A stretch of 63,316 nucleotides of DNA, the filler included, from Choristocarpus tenellus KU-1152 (taxonomy: Eukaryota; Protista; Phaeophyceae), in assembly GCA_964200185.2 (NCBI GenBank). It is 9 parts of 9 records of this genome, joined end to end, with 100 filler letters (N's around TTAATTAATTAA, not from the genome) between each part and the next. Parts side by side here need not be neighbours in the genome. Positions count along the whole stretch, not along the records: positions 8,407 to 16,220 come from CAXNAD020005550.1; positions 16,321 to 24,405 come from CAXNAD020005172.1; 7 more parts are not named here. One strand, 5' to 3'. The position numbers were made by a program, and so were the translations under genes. The notes below the pieces were generated by a model. It was not told where the DNA came from and searched no databases. It saw only the letters and a program-made list of their open reading frames with translations. Below are positions 9,317 through 20,249 of the stretch, one piece after another; position 1 is the stretch's first letter, and the number at the start of each line of letters is the position of its first letter.

Positions 9317-12074
9317 CTCAGTCTCATCAAACCCAAGGCCTGGAGGCGCTTTCCAATCTGAGAAGAGGTCAGGCTCCTCTCCGGGGGGAGGCTTGGGCGT
9401 GTTGTTCACAACCATTCGCCCGTACTCATCCAACTACAGATTTGCAACAAGGGGGAAAGGAAGTAGGATGGCGTGACAAGACGCGTCACTCACTCTTTTC
9501 CCCATCACGCGCTGCAAAGAAAAACTAGAGCAATTTTTTTAAAAGCAACATTCGATATCGTACCCAACGTGCACTTGTCGGAGGCAGTTCAGGAACTGAC
9601 AGGAAAGGACAGGAGGGGAACACGCCCTTTAAGAGTAGGTTCTTAATCGATAAACAACAGAGCAATCAATAGCGGGCCCTCCAAATACTGACCCTACTGT
9701 TAAAGAAGATAAAAATACGTATGGAAAATAAAAGACCTTCTGGTGGGTAACACGTGGGTACCACGCTCACATCTCGCGCACAAAAATAAGAAATAAGCAT
9801 GCACTTGCCTACAGGCTTCAGCCATACACACACACACACACAGTAAAATAAAATACATTGCACCAACCACTGAAAACAGCATGCCATCACTGTTTGCACT
9901 CTCCCAAGAGCTTCAAAGGACGTTCACAACGGCACAGTTACACCCCTGACAGCGGGAAAACCAAGCTCTTGAAACAACTGAAACTGTCCCAGCAACTGCC
10001 ATTGCAAGTACTGTTCCCAAAATTTAGATGGCGTGTATGGGCACATTACAGAAGAACGATATCGACATTTACGAGGGGGATCGCCTGAGCAATGGCTAAA
10101 GGAATTGTGAGCTAACAGAGTGATTTCTCCAACAGGGCAATGCTGGCAGTGTGGTGGGGTGTTGCCGAGAAATGGTACTTGTAGTTGGAAGATTGTTGCC
10201 AAAAGTCACATTCAACATTCAGCTCAAGGTTACGTTATAATCGATACAGCCTAGATCAGACACATAGAGTTGATACATTCAACGATATGTTGGTTGAGTG
10301 AAAACACCGGATGACAAGCCAGGGGAGATTAAAACCCACGTATGCTGTGTATGTGGGCAACCAAGCGGGTAGTACAATAGCGCCCGATGAAGATCTAAGT
10401 AAGCACCAACTGGTCCTCAAGACGCCCAATCTCATTGCACACATCACTGTGACAATATGTGTGAACATTTGCACGCATGCACACACACTCACTCACACGA
10501 AAGTTGCCTTTGCTCAAAGGAGAGTTAAGTTACTGACACTCAAGAATCAATTCAGGAAGTGAATTGCGAAAAAAATAAATCGCATTGCTCCCCTTACCGT
10601 CACTTCCTCATATTCATCTTCTCCATCCTCTTCTGAGTAGGGAACCTGGTAAGACTCCTCCCCTGGAGATGCCTTGCCTGAAGCAATGTCTTCAGCACGA
10701 GCAACCTACTCTTCCAAAATGAAACAGGAAAAAGGGTGATCAGAGCTGAAGGAGAGAGAAGGTGGGCTGGGGTTGGGAGGAGTCATAACTACACTAACAC
10801 ACAAGAACACACCTGAGACAACTCTTTTCAAAAAGATGGGAGGAAGTATTGTCAACATGATACAATACGGAGGAGTTTAGTGGGGTCGCATGGACACAAA
10901 AGATTGCCTGCATTGCTTGGTGCGGAATGTCATGATAGTCAAAACTCAGGAGTTGTGCCTAGTTGTGAGACTTCTAAGGAGACTTGTCCTGTGAGGTGGA
11001 AGGGTGGACGAGGGTGGAGGATTGCATGCACAGGGGTTACCATTCCTGGCCCCCCCTTACATTTTTCACACAGAGCTAATGTATCCTGAGCACTTACGGC
11101 TCGGTCGCTGGCAGGGGGGAAAGGGTCAATTTGGGTGTATATGGTTTCATTTTGTCCAGCCCCTTCCTTCGGTCAGCCAAATCTGAGGATGAAGCTCTTA
11201 CAGAAATACACCTAGCGGGGAATGTGTGACGATGTTGTGGCCGAATGAGTTGCCTACGCGATCCCAGCTTCACACAAAGGATAATTTTGAACGTACCTGC
11301 TCTTCCATTATTTGGTTGAGGTTGGTGACTGTTCCGAGGCCGATATCTTTGAGCTGTCCTGCTAGGATTCCAGCCTGCTTGACTAACTTGAACAGCTCAA
11401 TTGGTCCAACAGCAAAGTATCCCACCACCAGGCATACAGCAAGCTCAAACCCACCAACCCCAAGGATAGTGTCCTGTCCCAAGAAGGGGATGCTCATGAC
11501 CGGCCTGCAACAAGAAGTGGTTTGGTAAACAGTAGTGAAAACGGAGCGTCCAAAAGAGGTATGGTGATAGTTAAATGGGAGATGTCATAGTTGGGTTCCT
11601 ACAGGTAAAATATAAACATAGATTTGCTACCTCTCGATTCGTGATGCTATCCAAGGTTGTACATCCAAAGTAGAGACCAGCCGTGGAGAAAGACAAAGCG
11701 TCAAACGCTACTTCCGAAATCGCCATACCGGTCTTTTCAATGTTTGAGTTTACTGGAAAAAGCTGTACTCACCCTAAACACCGACCACGTCGATGACCAC
11801 ATCCACTCCAACCACAACGTCGATCAGTAATCCTCCCCACCGTACTGGGGACAACGCACGATCCCCCCGGAGACAACCGTTCAAATCGAGATGCTTGAGA
11901 AAAAGCACCCCGCGACCCTGCAAGTCCAGAGATACCTGGAGTCCCAGCTTGAGGTACAAATGCCATTACTCCCTGCGCTGTGTATGAACACGCTAGAAAG
12001 AGACCAAGGAACCCTCTACACTTCACGATTCGACCGATTCTCCTAGTACAGCGTCGTCGTTCTTGAAAAAACAT
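9317..12074 (-). CDS. tatB: Plastid Tat translocase subunit TatB/Hcf106 (TatA/B family), 3' partial
   Basis: Phase-consistent GT-AG exons 12074-11773, 11504-11297, 10705-10598, 9433-9317. Signal peptide ending VMA-FVP (ASAFAP-type). Core LGVGGFELAVCLVVGYFAVGPIELFKLVKQAG is a TM helix with Glu, a GP hinge and an amphipathic helix. Acidic tail. No stop seen before the contig end. Confidence 0.85.
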
Positions 12075-12405
12075 GATGTCTGTGACCATCAGGTCAGATG
12101 GCAATCTACTGTTTGTCCAAGACGATAGATAGGTTTTGCAGGGGTCAATCCCGTGCGTGACTTGCCTACAACACAAGTGAAACCAAGGACGGAGTGCGGA
12201 CAGGGTACACCCTGCACAGCACGCGCCAGCAGGAGGGAAACGATTCACCCTGTTGTGTGTGGGCATGAGCATGGAAGCAGATATATTATAGTTGAAGATT
12301 CACGTACGTCCAAGGACAACATTACACACAAACCTACACCTTCACCTCTAAAACCTCAATCCACCTACTTGTATACACATCGGTGCCAGAACGTTGTTAG
12401 TGAGC
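12075..12405. promoter_or_regulatory. Putative bidirectional promoter region
   Basis: 331 bp between the predicted start codons of two divergently oriented genes. Confidence 0.5.
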
Positions 12406-14140
12406 ATGGTTGGACGACGAAGGGTGGGTATGGTCCCCCTCGCAGCTGCTGCATTGGTAGCTGTCGTCCTGCTTCCTTGCAACTCCTGGGTATTGCCCAC
12501 CCCCAGAGTGTCGATCAGAGCTTGGCATGTGTGTAGGCAAGTTCCTGCCCTAGCTGGACCATGCCGCGAATTATTCTCACTACGCATGCCTCCAGTACAG
12601 TCAGGTCTATCACTGAATGCCTTGCATTTGCGTTCGGGCGCCACTACAAACCTTGAAGGCGATGACGGGGTCGTGCAGACAAGCGCAAAGTCCTCAACGC
12701 CACGTCAAAGCCGGACTGCCAAGGCCGCAGATGGCACGTTCCTCTTGTTCAGAGTACCATCCACCCAGGACCTGTACCAACTTGGGATGAACTCTATGGT
12801 CTCTCGGGGGGGGATGGCAATAGTGGCGCAGGATGCAGCCCAGGAAGCTGGTGATGGGGATGTCCTTGGTGGGGCGACAATAGAAATACTACCCGAAAAC
12901 ACTGGCTCGTCGATGGCTACAAACGTTTATTTGCTAAGGCATTCACTGGCTAAGGGTGTGTCAGAGGCTGTGGAGCACGCGCTACTGGATGATGTGATCA
13001 ATCAATTCCTCAACAATGGTCCCAGAATCCGCCAGGTATACTTGGATATAAAAACCTAGTTGCAGATGCCGGGATATTTGCAAGAGGACAAGGTCAAATT
13101 TGTCCTACTTCTCCCCTTTCTACCCTATCATAGGAGAGCAATGGGAACTGCATTGCTTTATGGTGGCCTTCAAATCCCTTCCCAAGGAATGGGACAATCT
13201 GAACACAGCGTTTTGGTTTGTTTGTTTGTTTGCTACTTGATACACGCGTATCTGTTGCACTTGGGCCATGTTTCGATCAATCTTCAGGGATCCTGAGGGA
13301 CTGCTTGAGTCCTTCCCAATCGATTGGAGTAGAGATCCTGCAGATGGGTATTCGAGCTTCATCGGACGCCAATGACCCTCCTCCTTCTTCACCATCACAC
13401 CTTGCAACCCTTGTGACTGCACTGAACATTCACTGATGCAGCAACAGAGGCACAGACTATTTTATAGGGCAGTTGATGCCTGCTAGACATCTTTTAATCA
13501 ATATTACCAATGTTTTGTAAATTCATCTCCAATGTCATTTCTCTGCCACAACATACCTCCTTATGAAAAAAGATCACGGTGCCCTTGTGCTTCAACGCAT
13601 GTTTCTCGTGTTGCCTTCACTGTTTTAGTTCCTACCATGATAAAGTCACTACTTCACATGTCAATGGCCCTCTGCCACCTTTCCCTCTACATATTGATCG
13701 TTGTATGCATCATCCCTGAGACTCCATTTCCCACCACCTGTGTAGGAAATACCTGTGGGAAAATGTCTGTCCAACATCCAATACATCATATGCTTACTCC
13801 TAAACCCACCCACTATTGGCAGCTACGTGTCCAAATCCCCGCCAACTCCCAAGCTTACTCCATTAGCTTCTACGAACGCCACGGGCTGACTGACATGGGA
13901 GTGGCGGAAGGTGGTGCAGCAAGAATGCTATGTGGTGATAGAGATGCAGCTTTGAAGGCGCTGGAAGGGCCGTTGCAGGAGGCAGAGGAGATGGTATCGG
14001 AAACTGCAGAGACAGCAACAGGACAGGGACTTGGTGTTGGGGGCGGGGTGCTAGCAACTTTACTTAATCTGTCGGGGAGGTTGCTTCATGACAAAGGAGA
14101 TCTTCAGGGGGCACTGGATGCTTATTTGAAGGCAGTCAAG
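12406..14140 (+). CDS. Plastid-targeted protein with GNAT-like acetyltransferase region followed by TPR, 3' partial
   Basis: Exons 12406-13035 and 13823-14140, both phase 0 with GT-AG. Signal LAAAALVAVVLLPCNS-W. GNAT-like motifs RHSLAKGVSEAVEHALL and VQIPANSQAYSISFYERHG. TPR LNLSGRLLHDKGDLQGALDAYLKAVK. Confidence 0.7.
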
Positions 14141-14649
14141 GTTAGAAGACATTGTTGTGTGCGGTTGGAGGTGGGGGGGGGGTTGGTTTACTTGTGTCGG
14201 TTTCAAGCAATGTGTGCATGACTGGAGTGGGCACCTGAGAACTGCATTGCATTAGAGTTTTGGGGAAACAAAAAAGTTGTTCAAGTAGTAGCAGTCCTAC
14301 TTCCTCTGTTCGGAATCAAATGTAACATATCTTTTTCAAGCTCAGTTCTCGCCCACATGATAAACCCTCTGGACGAGGCTTAGTTCTCACATAGATTGGG
14401 AGGCATGCAGTATTTGAGCTGGTGAACTTTTTTTATGACTGCGGAGGATCACCATTGCAGAGTTGACTGAGTCGCATTTGACGGGGTTCAAAAACCTTGT
14501 GAAACTGTCAAACTGGGTGTATATTGGGTTAGGGTTAGGACAAAGGCCCCCCATTGTTTGAGCGGATTGCTCATCCGGCTATCGCCCATCAGTCCCAATT
14601 CTTTGGTCCAGAAGTCCATCCAGGGTCAGGACTCAAAACATCCCGACAA

Positions 14650-16200
14650 AGAACAGTGCGATGGCGCAATGCCTGGAGGCGAGAGGGCGTGTGAGACTTG
14701 AATGTCTCGGGTGATGGCGGCGGCCATTGCTGAGAAGTTTGGAACCTCCTGAATTACTGTGTTCTGTCATGTGAAGGAGTATGGCAGTCAGATTGCATGG
14801 GGTGAATGCATGGACATTGTATGACGCCGCTAGGGGTGATGTGGCCGCTGTACCAGTATGGTCGATGTTTGGGATGTCGCATAGGTGTGGACACGTACTT
14901 CTACAAATGGACAGCCAAATCTGGGTTGTCCCTTGCCTTGTTGTGGGATATGTGCAATGGCGAGATGGTGAAGGATGTGAAGCTTTGGATGAAGGCAGTC
15001 CTCTCTACAAATGGACAGCCAAATCTGGGTTGTCCCTTGCCTTGTTGTGGGATATGTGCAATGGCGAGATGGTGAAGGGTGTGAAGCTTTGGATGAAGGC
15101 AGTCCTCTCTACAAATGGACAGCCAAATCTGGGTTGTCCCTTGCCTTGTTGTGGGATATGTGCAATGGTGAGATGGTGAGGGATGTGAAGCTTTGGATGA
15201 AGCTAGTCCTCTCTACAAATGGACAGCCGAAGCTGAGGTATCCCTTGCTTTGTTGTGGGATATGTTCAATGGCGAGATGGTGAAGGATGTGAAGCTTTGG
15301 ATGAAGGCAGTCCTCTCAGACCAGCAGAAAAGTCAACATGGCGTGTTTCATCACCAGTCACACAAAAAGGAGGGGGGGAAGTGGGGTATTGGTGGACGGA
15401 CGATCTGTACGACTTGGTGTATGTGAATAAGATGTGGTTTTACATGCTCAAACATGGGCAAGGTGTGTACCTACACCCCCACTGAGTACCCCTCAAACCC
15501 TGATGGGTACAGGATAATCGTTACATTGCGAAGGTGATATTCCTTGCAGCTGTGGCCCATCCAAGGAGCTCTCCAGTGGGGTGTGGTTTGATAGGAAAAT
15601 CAGTATGTGGCCAATCATTGACATGAAGGTCGCTCAGTGCTTCAGCAAACGCAGGGCACCAAGGTACTTGTGCCAGCCATGGTGGACTGGGAGAGGTGTA
15701 AGAAGGTCATGATCGGGATGTCATCCCGGCAACCAAGGCTTGCATGCCTAGGCGGGAAGGACGCACCATCTTTGTGCAGCAAGATGGGGTAAAGCCGCAC
15801 ACCAAGGGGGCGGGATCATGGAGGCAGTTGAGGAGATAGCGGGGGGATGGCATTGTCTTAAGAGACCCAGACAGTCAACTCACCTGACCTCAACGTCAAC
15901 GGCCTGAGATACTTTCATTCCATCCAGCAACTGGAGGAAGACGTTGGGGTGGCCCAACACAGTGGATTCGGGGGAGGCCACGGTGGAGGCGTTGGTTGGG
16001 AGACACTAGAGCACATCTGGCATAGCCTCTTTGCAGTCCACGGTGAAGTTGTACGTCTAAGGGTGACAATCTCTTCAAAATTCCCCCATCTTAGCAAGAA
16101 AGAGGCTGAGAAGGCGGGCAAGCTCCCCTCAACTGCCCCGGTGGATGATGTGAAACACTGTACTGTGCTGGAATGGGGTTTTGCAGGGCTTCAGGGGTGG
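14650..16200 (+). mobile_element. Degenerate DD39D (plant mariner-type) Tc1/mariner transposase, intronic
   Basis: Decayed motifs in order: LVYVNKMWFY (HVDEKWF), RYIAKVIFLAAVAHPR, FVQQDGVKPH, NSPDLNVNGLRYFHSIQ, GDNLFKIPHL. Stops and frameshifts present. Boundaries approximate. Confidence 0.8.
14901..15316 (+). repeat. Tandem repeat, 4 x 104 bp
   Basis: Unit CTACAAATGGACAGCC...GGCAGTCCTCT starts at 14901, 15005, 15109 and 15213. Confidence 0.95.
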
Positions 16201-16329
16201 GACCATGGATAGTTGTATACNNNNNNNNNNNNNNNNNNNNNNNNNNNNNNNNNNNNNNNNNNNNTTAATTAATTAANNNNNNNNNNNNNNNNNNNNNNNN
16301 NNNNNNNNNNNNNNNNNNNNGACCAAGAT

Positions 16330-17250
16330 GGTTCCTACTAACACCGGAAGAACGTGTGCGAAGCCCCACCTTGTTTACATAGGCAGGAAGAGGTATCTTT
16401 GTTTGTCGCTACCTCCTATACGATTTCTTCACTTACCACAGTTGCCAGTTCAGATCCCAAGGGATGAGTATTGATGGACACAGGGGTTGTTGATTGAGAA
16501 AAACATTCCTCTTTCCCCCCAACAAATAATTATCATCTTCAAATTGGGGGGGAAACGATCAAGAAGACATTCTGATCTCAATACAATACGGTGATCTGAT
16601 TCTGATACCAACAATATTTGATAGTGGTGAAGCATCTGATAGATTAGTGGTTTCCACACTTACAGTATTTTATAGTGTTCTCACGTTTAGGATGTTTTAT
16701 TTCTTTAGGGCTAATAACGACATATATATAGTTTTCATTGGTTTTCCCTCTGACACCTCTGCAAAATGTCAGAGGGCATAATAATAAAATACCAACGATA
16801 CAAAACAGAGTGTACCCTCATATTCCTTGAAGACTGCGTGTGAGAATTCAATCAAGACAAATATGACTTGTGTCCCTCCATTTACCCAAGTATGCAAGGG
16901 ATCCTTACCGCTTGGGCACACTAAAAACAGGTTGACAAGTTTTTTCGTCACCACAACATAAGGGAGGGCTCGCCATTGCTATAAGATACATCTCAACCAC
17001 ATGCCCCAATTTTTCTCCTGTTGTGATCTCCCTCTCACCTCTCCTAAGTGCGAGCGTTTGCATCCATGAGGATGTAAAGCTTGTCCTTGGCGGGGGTCTA
17101 ATGCACTACATTGTGCATATTATCCCAGAAATGATCAATGGCTATCTCTAGGGTCTCTTCTGTCGGGCCATGCACATCCCACAACAAAGGTAACCCCAAT
17201 TGAACTGCCTGTCAGCAGTAGCCAGACCTTCATCATTCACCCATCGACGA
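16330..17250 (-). mobile_element. LINE (non-LTR) APE endonuclease remnant
   Basis: GVTFVVG..GPTEE, LYILMDANART and SESDHRIV motifs in the correct order, with stops and frameshifts. Confidence 0.7.
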
Positions 17251-20249
17251 ACTGTACTTCATGGGTGGCCTGTTTTAGGATTAGGATTAGTAATCCCTCG
17301 CTGCCAACCCACTCCATGGTATTCCTGCTATTTCCCTACTAAAGAATATGCTGAATTTAGTTCTAGAGAGTTCAAGGCTCAAGATCCCACCTCGTCTTGT
17401 CTCTTGGAGCCCAATTACATTGTACCCACAAACCCAAGCGGCTGCACCAATACTGCCATATGATCCTCTCTATTCTTGCAATTCACAGCCACTGTTCAAA
17501 GGTTCCAAGTGGACACAGTCAGCTCTTTGCTCTGTAATTTCTGGCAATTCAAGGCAAATAACAATAATAAACAAGGTGCGGGACAGTTCTTCCTTCTCTA
17601 TCGAGATGCCTTTATAGTCTTCATCACTATCACTATATATATACACTAGCTTTGCACGTGCTTTGCTTTTTGTACTAAGGGATCAGCAAGCCAATGGCTC
17701 ATTGGTAATGTGATGTCTTGTTCCTTCTTGTTTCCAAATCCAGCGGATAATTTTGTGATTAGAAATGTGGTAGCGTTCAGCAAGGAAACTACACCAGTCA
17801 AGCATTTTGGGTGGTGGTACAACACCTAAAGAGGATTTTGCATCCATGGGGTTTCTTACTATCCTCCCCCCCAACCCATCCATACTGTCCTTGTCACATG
17901 CATGGGAGTACTTGTCTTTGCCCCCACCTGGTGCTGGACATGGTAGGCGAGTATCTTCTTTTAAAATATTTGCTCGGTTTGCACACAATAATACCTTTGG
18001 TGAATGATATTCCCTACCAGTCTGGTGGTGATGTTTTCCGCTATGTTCGCACATCACTCTTCCCTTTACGATGCAGTCACTCTTGATATCTGAGAAACTG
18101 ATATTTGTCAGCAATCATCCTGATGAATACTACTTTTGAAAGTCGCTTCCTCCCACACTCAAAATGAACAATTGTGAGATGTTGTTCATAGTCTATGTGG
18201 GTGCATCGGGGTAAGATCTTCCCTTTGTCGGGCCTTCCAACACAAGGAAAAAGTGGGCAATGGGAGCTGTGGGATCCCCTCTCTAATCAACATGAGAGGG
18301 ACCGAGGTGATAGTGTGGTCTATCTCACACTCAGACAAACAAGTTGCCACAATGTTGTCCAGAAATAATCCGTATAAGTAAACCTGTGTCTCTCTTGGAA
18401 CAACCATAGTGGGCTACTACTGGTCTTTATGGGCAGGATGTGTTACTTGCAATGCTGTACGCAGGCAAGAGGAGGGGAATTTCCACTACCGCTAGATAGA
18501 AGCCACTGTGCTCCAACAGCCCCATCAGAAAAGGAACTGTCGAAGGATGTGCCGGGGCAAACCTGTGGAGACTATGTAGGGGGGGAAAGAGGGAAAGCTC
18601 CAGCAGGTAGCAGCCACAGTGCTCCAGTAGTATCAGGAGGAAAGACACAGAGGGGGCTGTGTCTGGGTTGCAGGGATGAGGTGTGCATGGGCAAAAATTG
18701 AGTTTGATCTAAACATACATATGTAGCTGTGGGTTGTGGTTTTTGTGTAACTTTGATATTCAAAGTGTCTAACAGGGAATTATAAGTCAATACTGAAGTC
18801 ATGACAGGTAAGGGCCATGCCAGACAGCATAAGGACGAATCAGATTCTGGTGTAACTACCCCCTCTACGATGTTAACAATAAATTGACGGAAGATAGGAG
18901 TGAAGAGGGGCGTCTGAGGTAGTGACAAACATTCACTGCTTTGCATCTGGTAGTAGCTCCAAATATCTTTGCAAAGGAGAGCGAATATTTTTGTACATTC
19001 CATGGACTTTTTTTAAAAGGTGGAATGGACCATTCTTTTTTTGTTTTTAAACATGCTTTTAAAACGCATAATTGCAGGGACCTCCAAACCAAATCTATGT
19101 CCCTGTGGGAAGGTAGGTGGGTAGGTAGTGTCGTTGTTGCAACCTCTGCTATTCTATGACTTTTCCATACTACTTTGAAGTATATACTACTACTAGGATC
19201 AATGAAATACAAAAATATTTTGATTTATTGATCTCTTTACATAACTACACGCATAGAGGGAAGGCAAGGAGAGCAGTACATATGGGAATGACAACACAGA
19301 CAGATAAAATGGAATGGAGGCGGTATGAAGACAGTTACAAATATCCACTGCTTCATGTCTAGTGAGAGCTACTGTTAATGACCTCTGTGAATTAGAGAAT
19401 ATGTGCAACACTGTCATACTACACCCCTTAGGGTTAGGTTAGGATTAGCCGTTGTACTAGATATTTTTATGATTTTCATCAAAATGATTCTAACTGCAGA
19501 TCAAAATAAAATAATATTGCGCAGCTCAACTTTTTGTGACCTAGGACATGAAAACAACACCACCCACCTAGATACCTACCTACCCATCCACAGCAATTTT
19601 GTCTTGAGGTCCCAAAAACTGCACAATAAGACAGTTGTCTACCTCACCCTTCAAAAGCAATCTCTGTTTGCAATCAAGTTATTGGGTTAGGGGTAGGGTG
19701 AGATGAATATGCAGTGATGTGCAATGTGAAAATAACTACCCCAAAAACTGAGGGGAAGTGAATAGTGAAACAAGCAGTCATGCATTTCAATAATTCTCTG
19801 GGGTTTCCTGTGACAACTGAGTCCTAGTCCACACTCTTAAGGCAGGGGCAGTTCAGTTTTACTAGATGTAGGCCGCTTGACGTCTTGATTGACTTTTGCC
19901 TGTGTTGTGCTTACGTTGACTGAAGGAAAAAATGTTAATGGCATTGTTGGTCCATAATAATATTTTGAAGCAATGACAAGACTTGTGTCAGGCAATGAGC
20001 TTGTTCACTGAAAAAGACCCTAATCTCCATTTTAGTAGGAGTTGGATATTTTATCACTATACCAAACCCAAACTCTAACCCTAACTATACAGCAACCCTG
20101 AGTTTCTGTATTCTGTATCCAAGCAGTCTAACAAAGGTTTCTTCTGCTGAACACTACCTACTGCAAGTGGCAGCAAGAGGGACCAATACTGTCTAAAACA
20201 GATGTAACAACCCTTGCAACTAGCGTTAAAACTACAAATAACATTAAAA

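Noticed and set aside
14781-15426. Overlapping repeat-protein ORFs
   Set aside because: They are by-products of the 104-bp tandem repeat within a dead transposase.
18118-18146. CTGATGA...GAAA hammerhead ribozyme core
   Set aside because: Stem II cannot pair and no stems I or III were found. The CTGAGAG...CGAAA near 27207 lacks the CUGANGA consensus.
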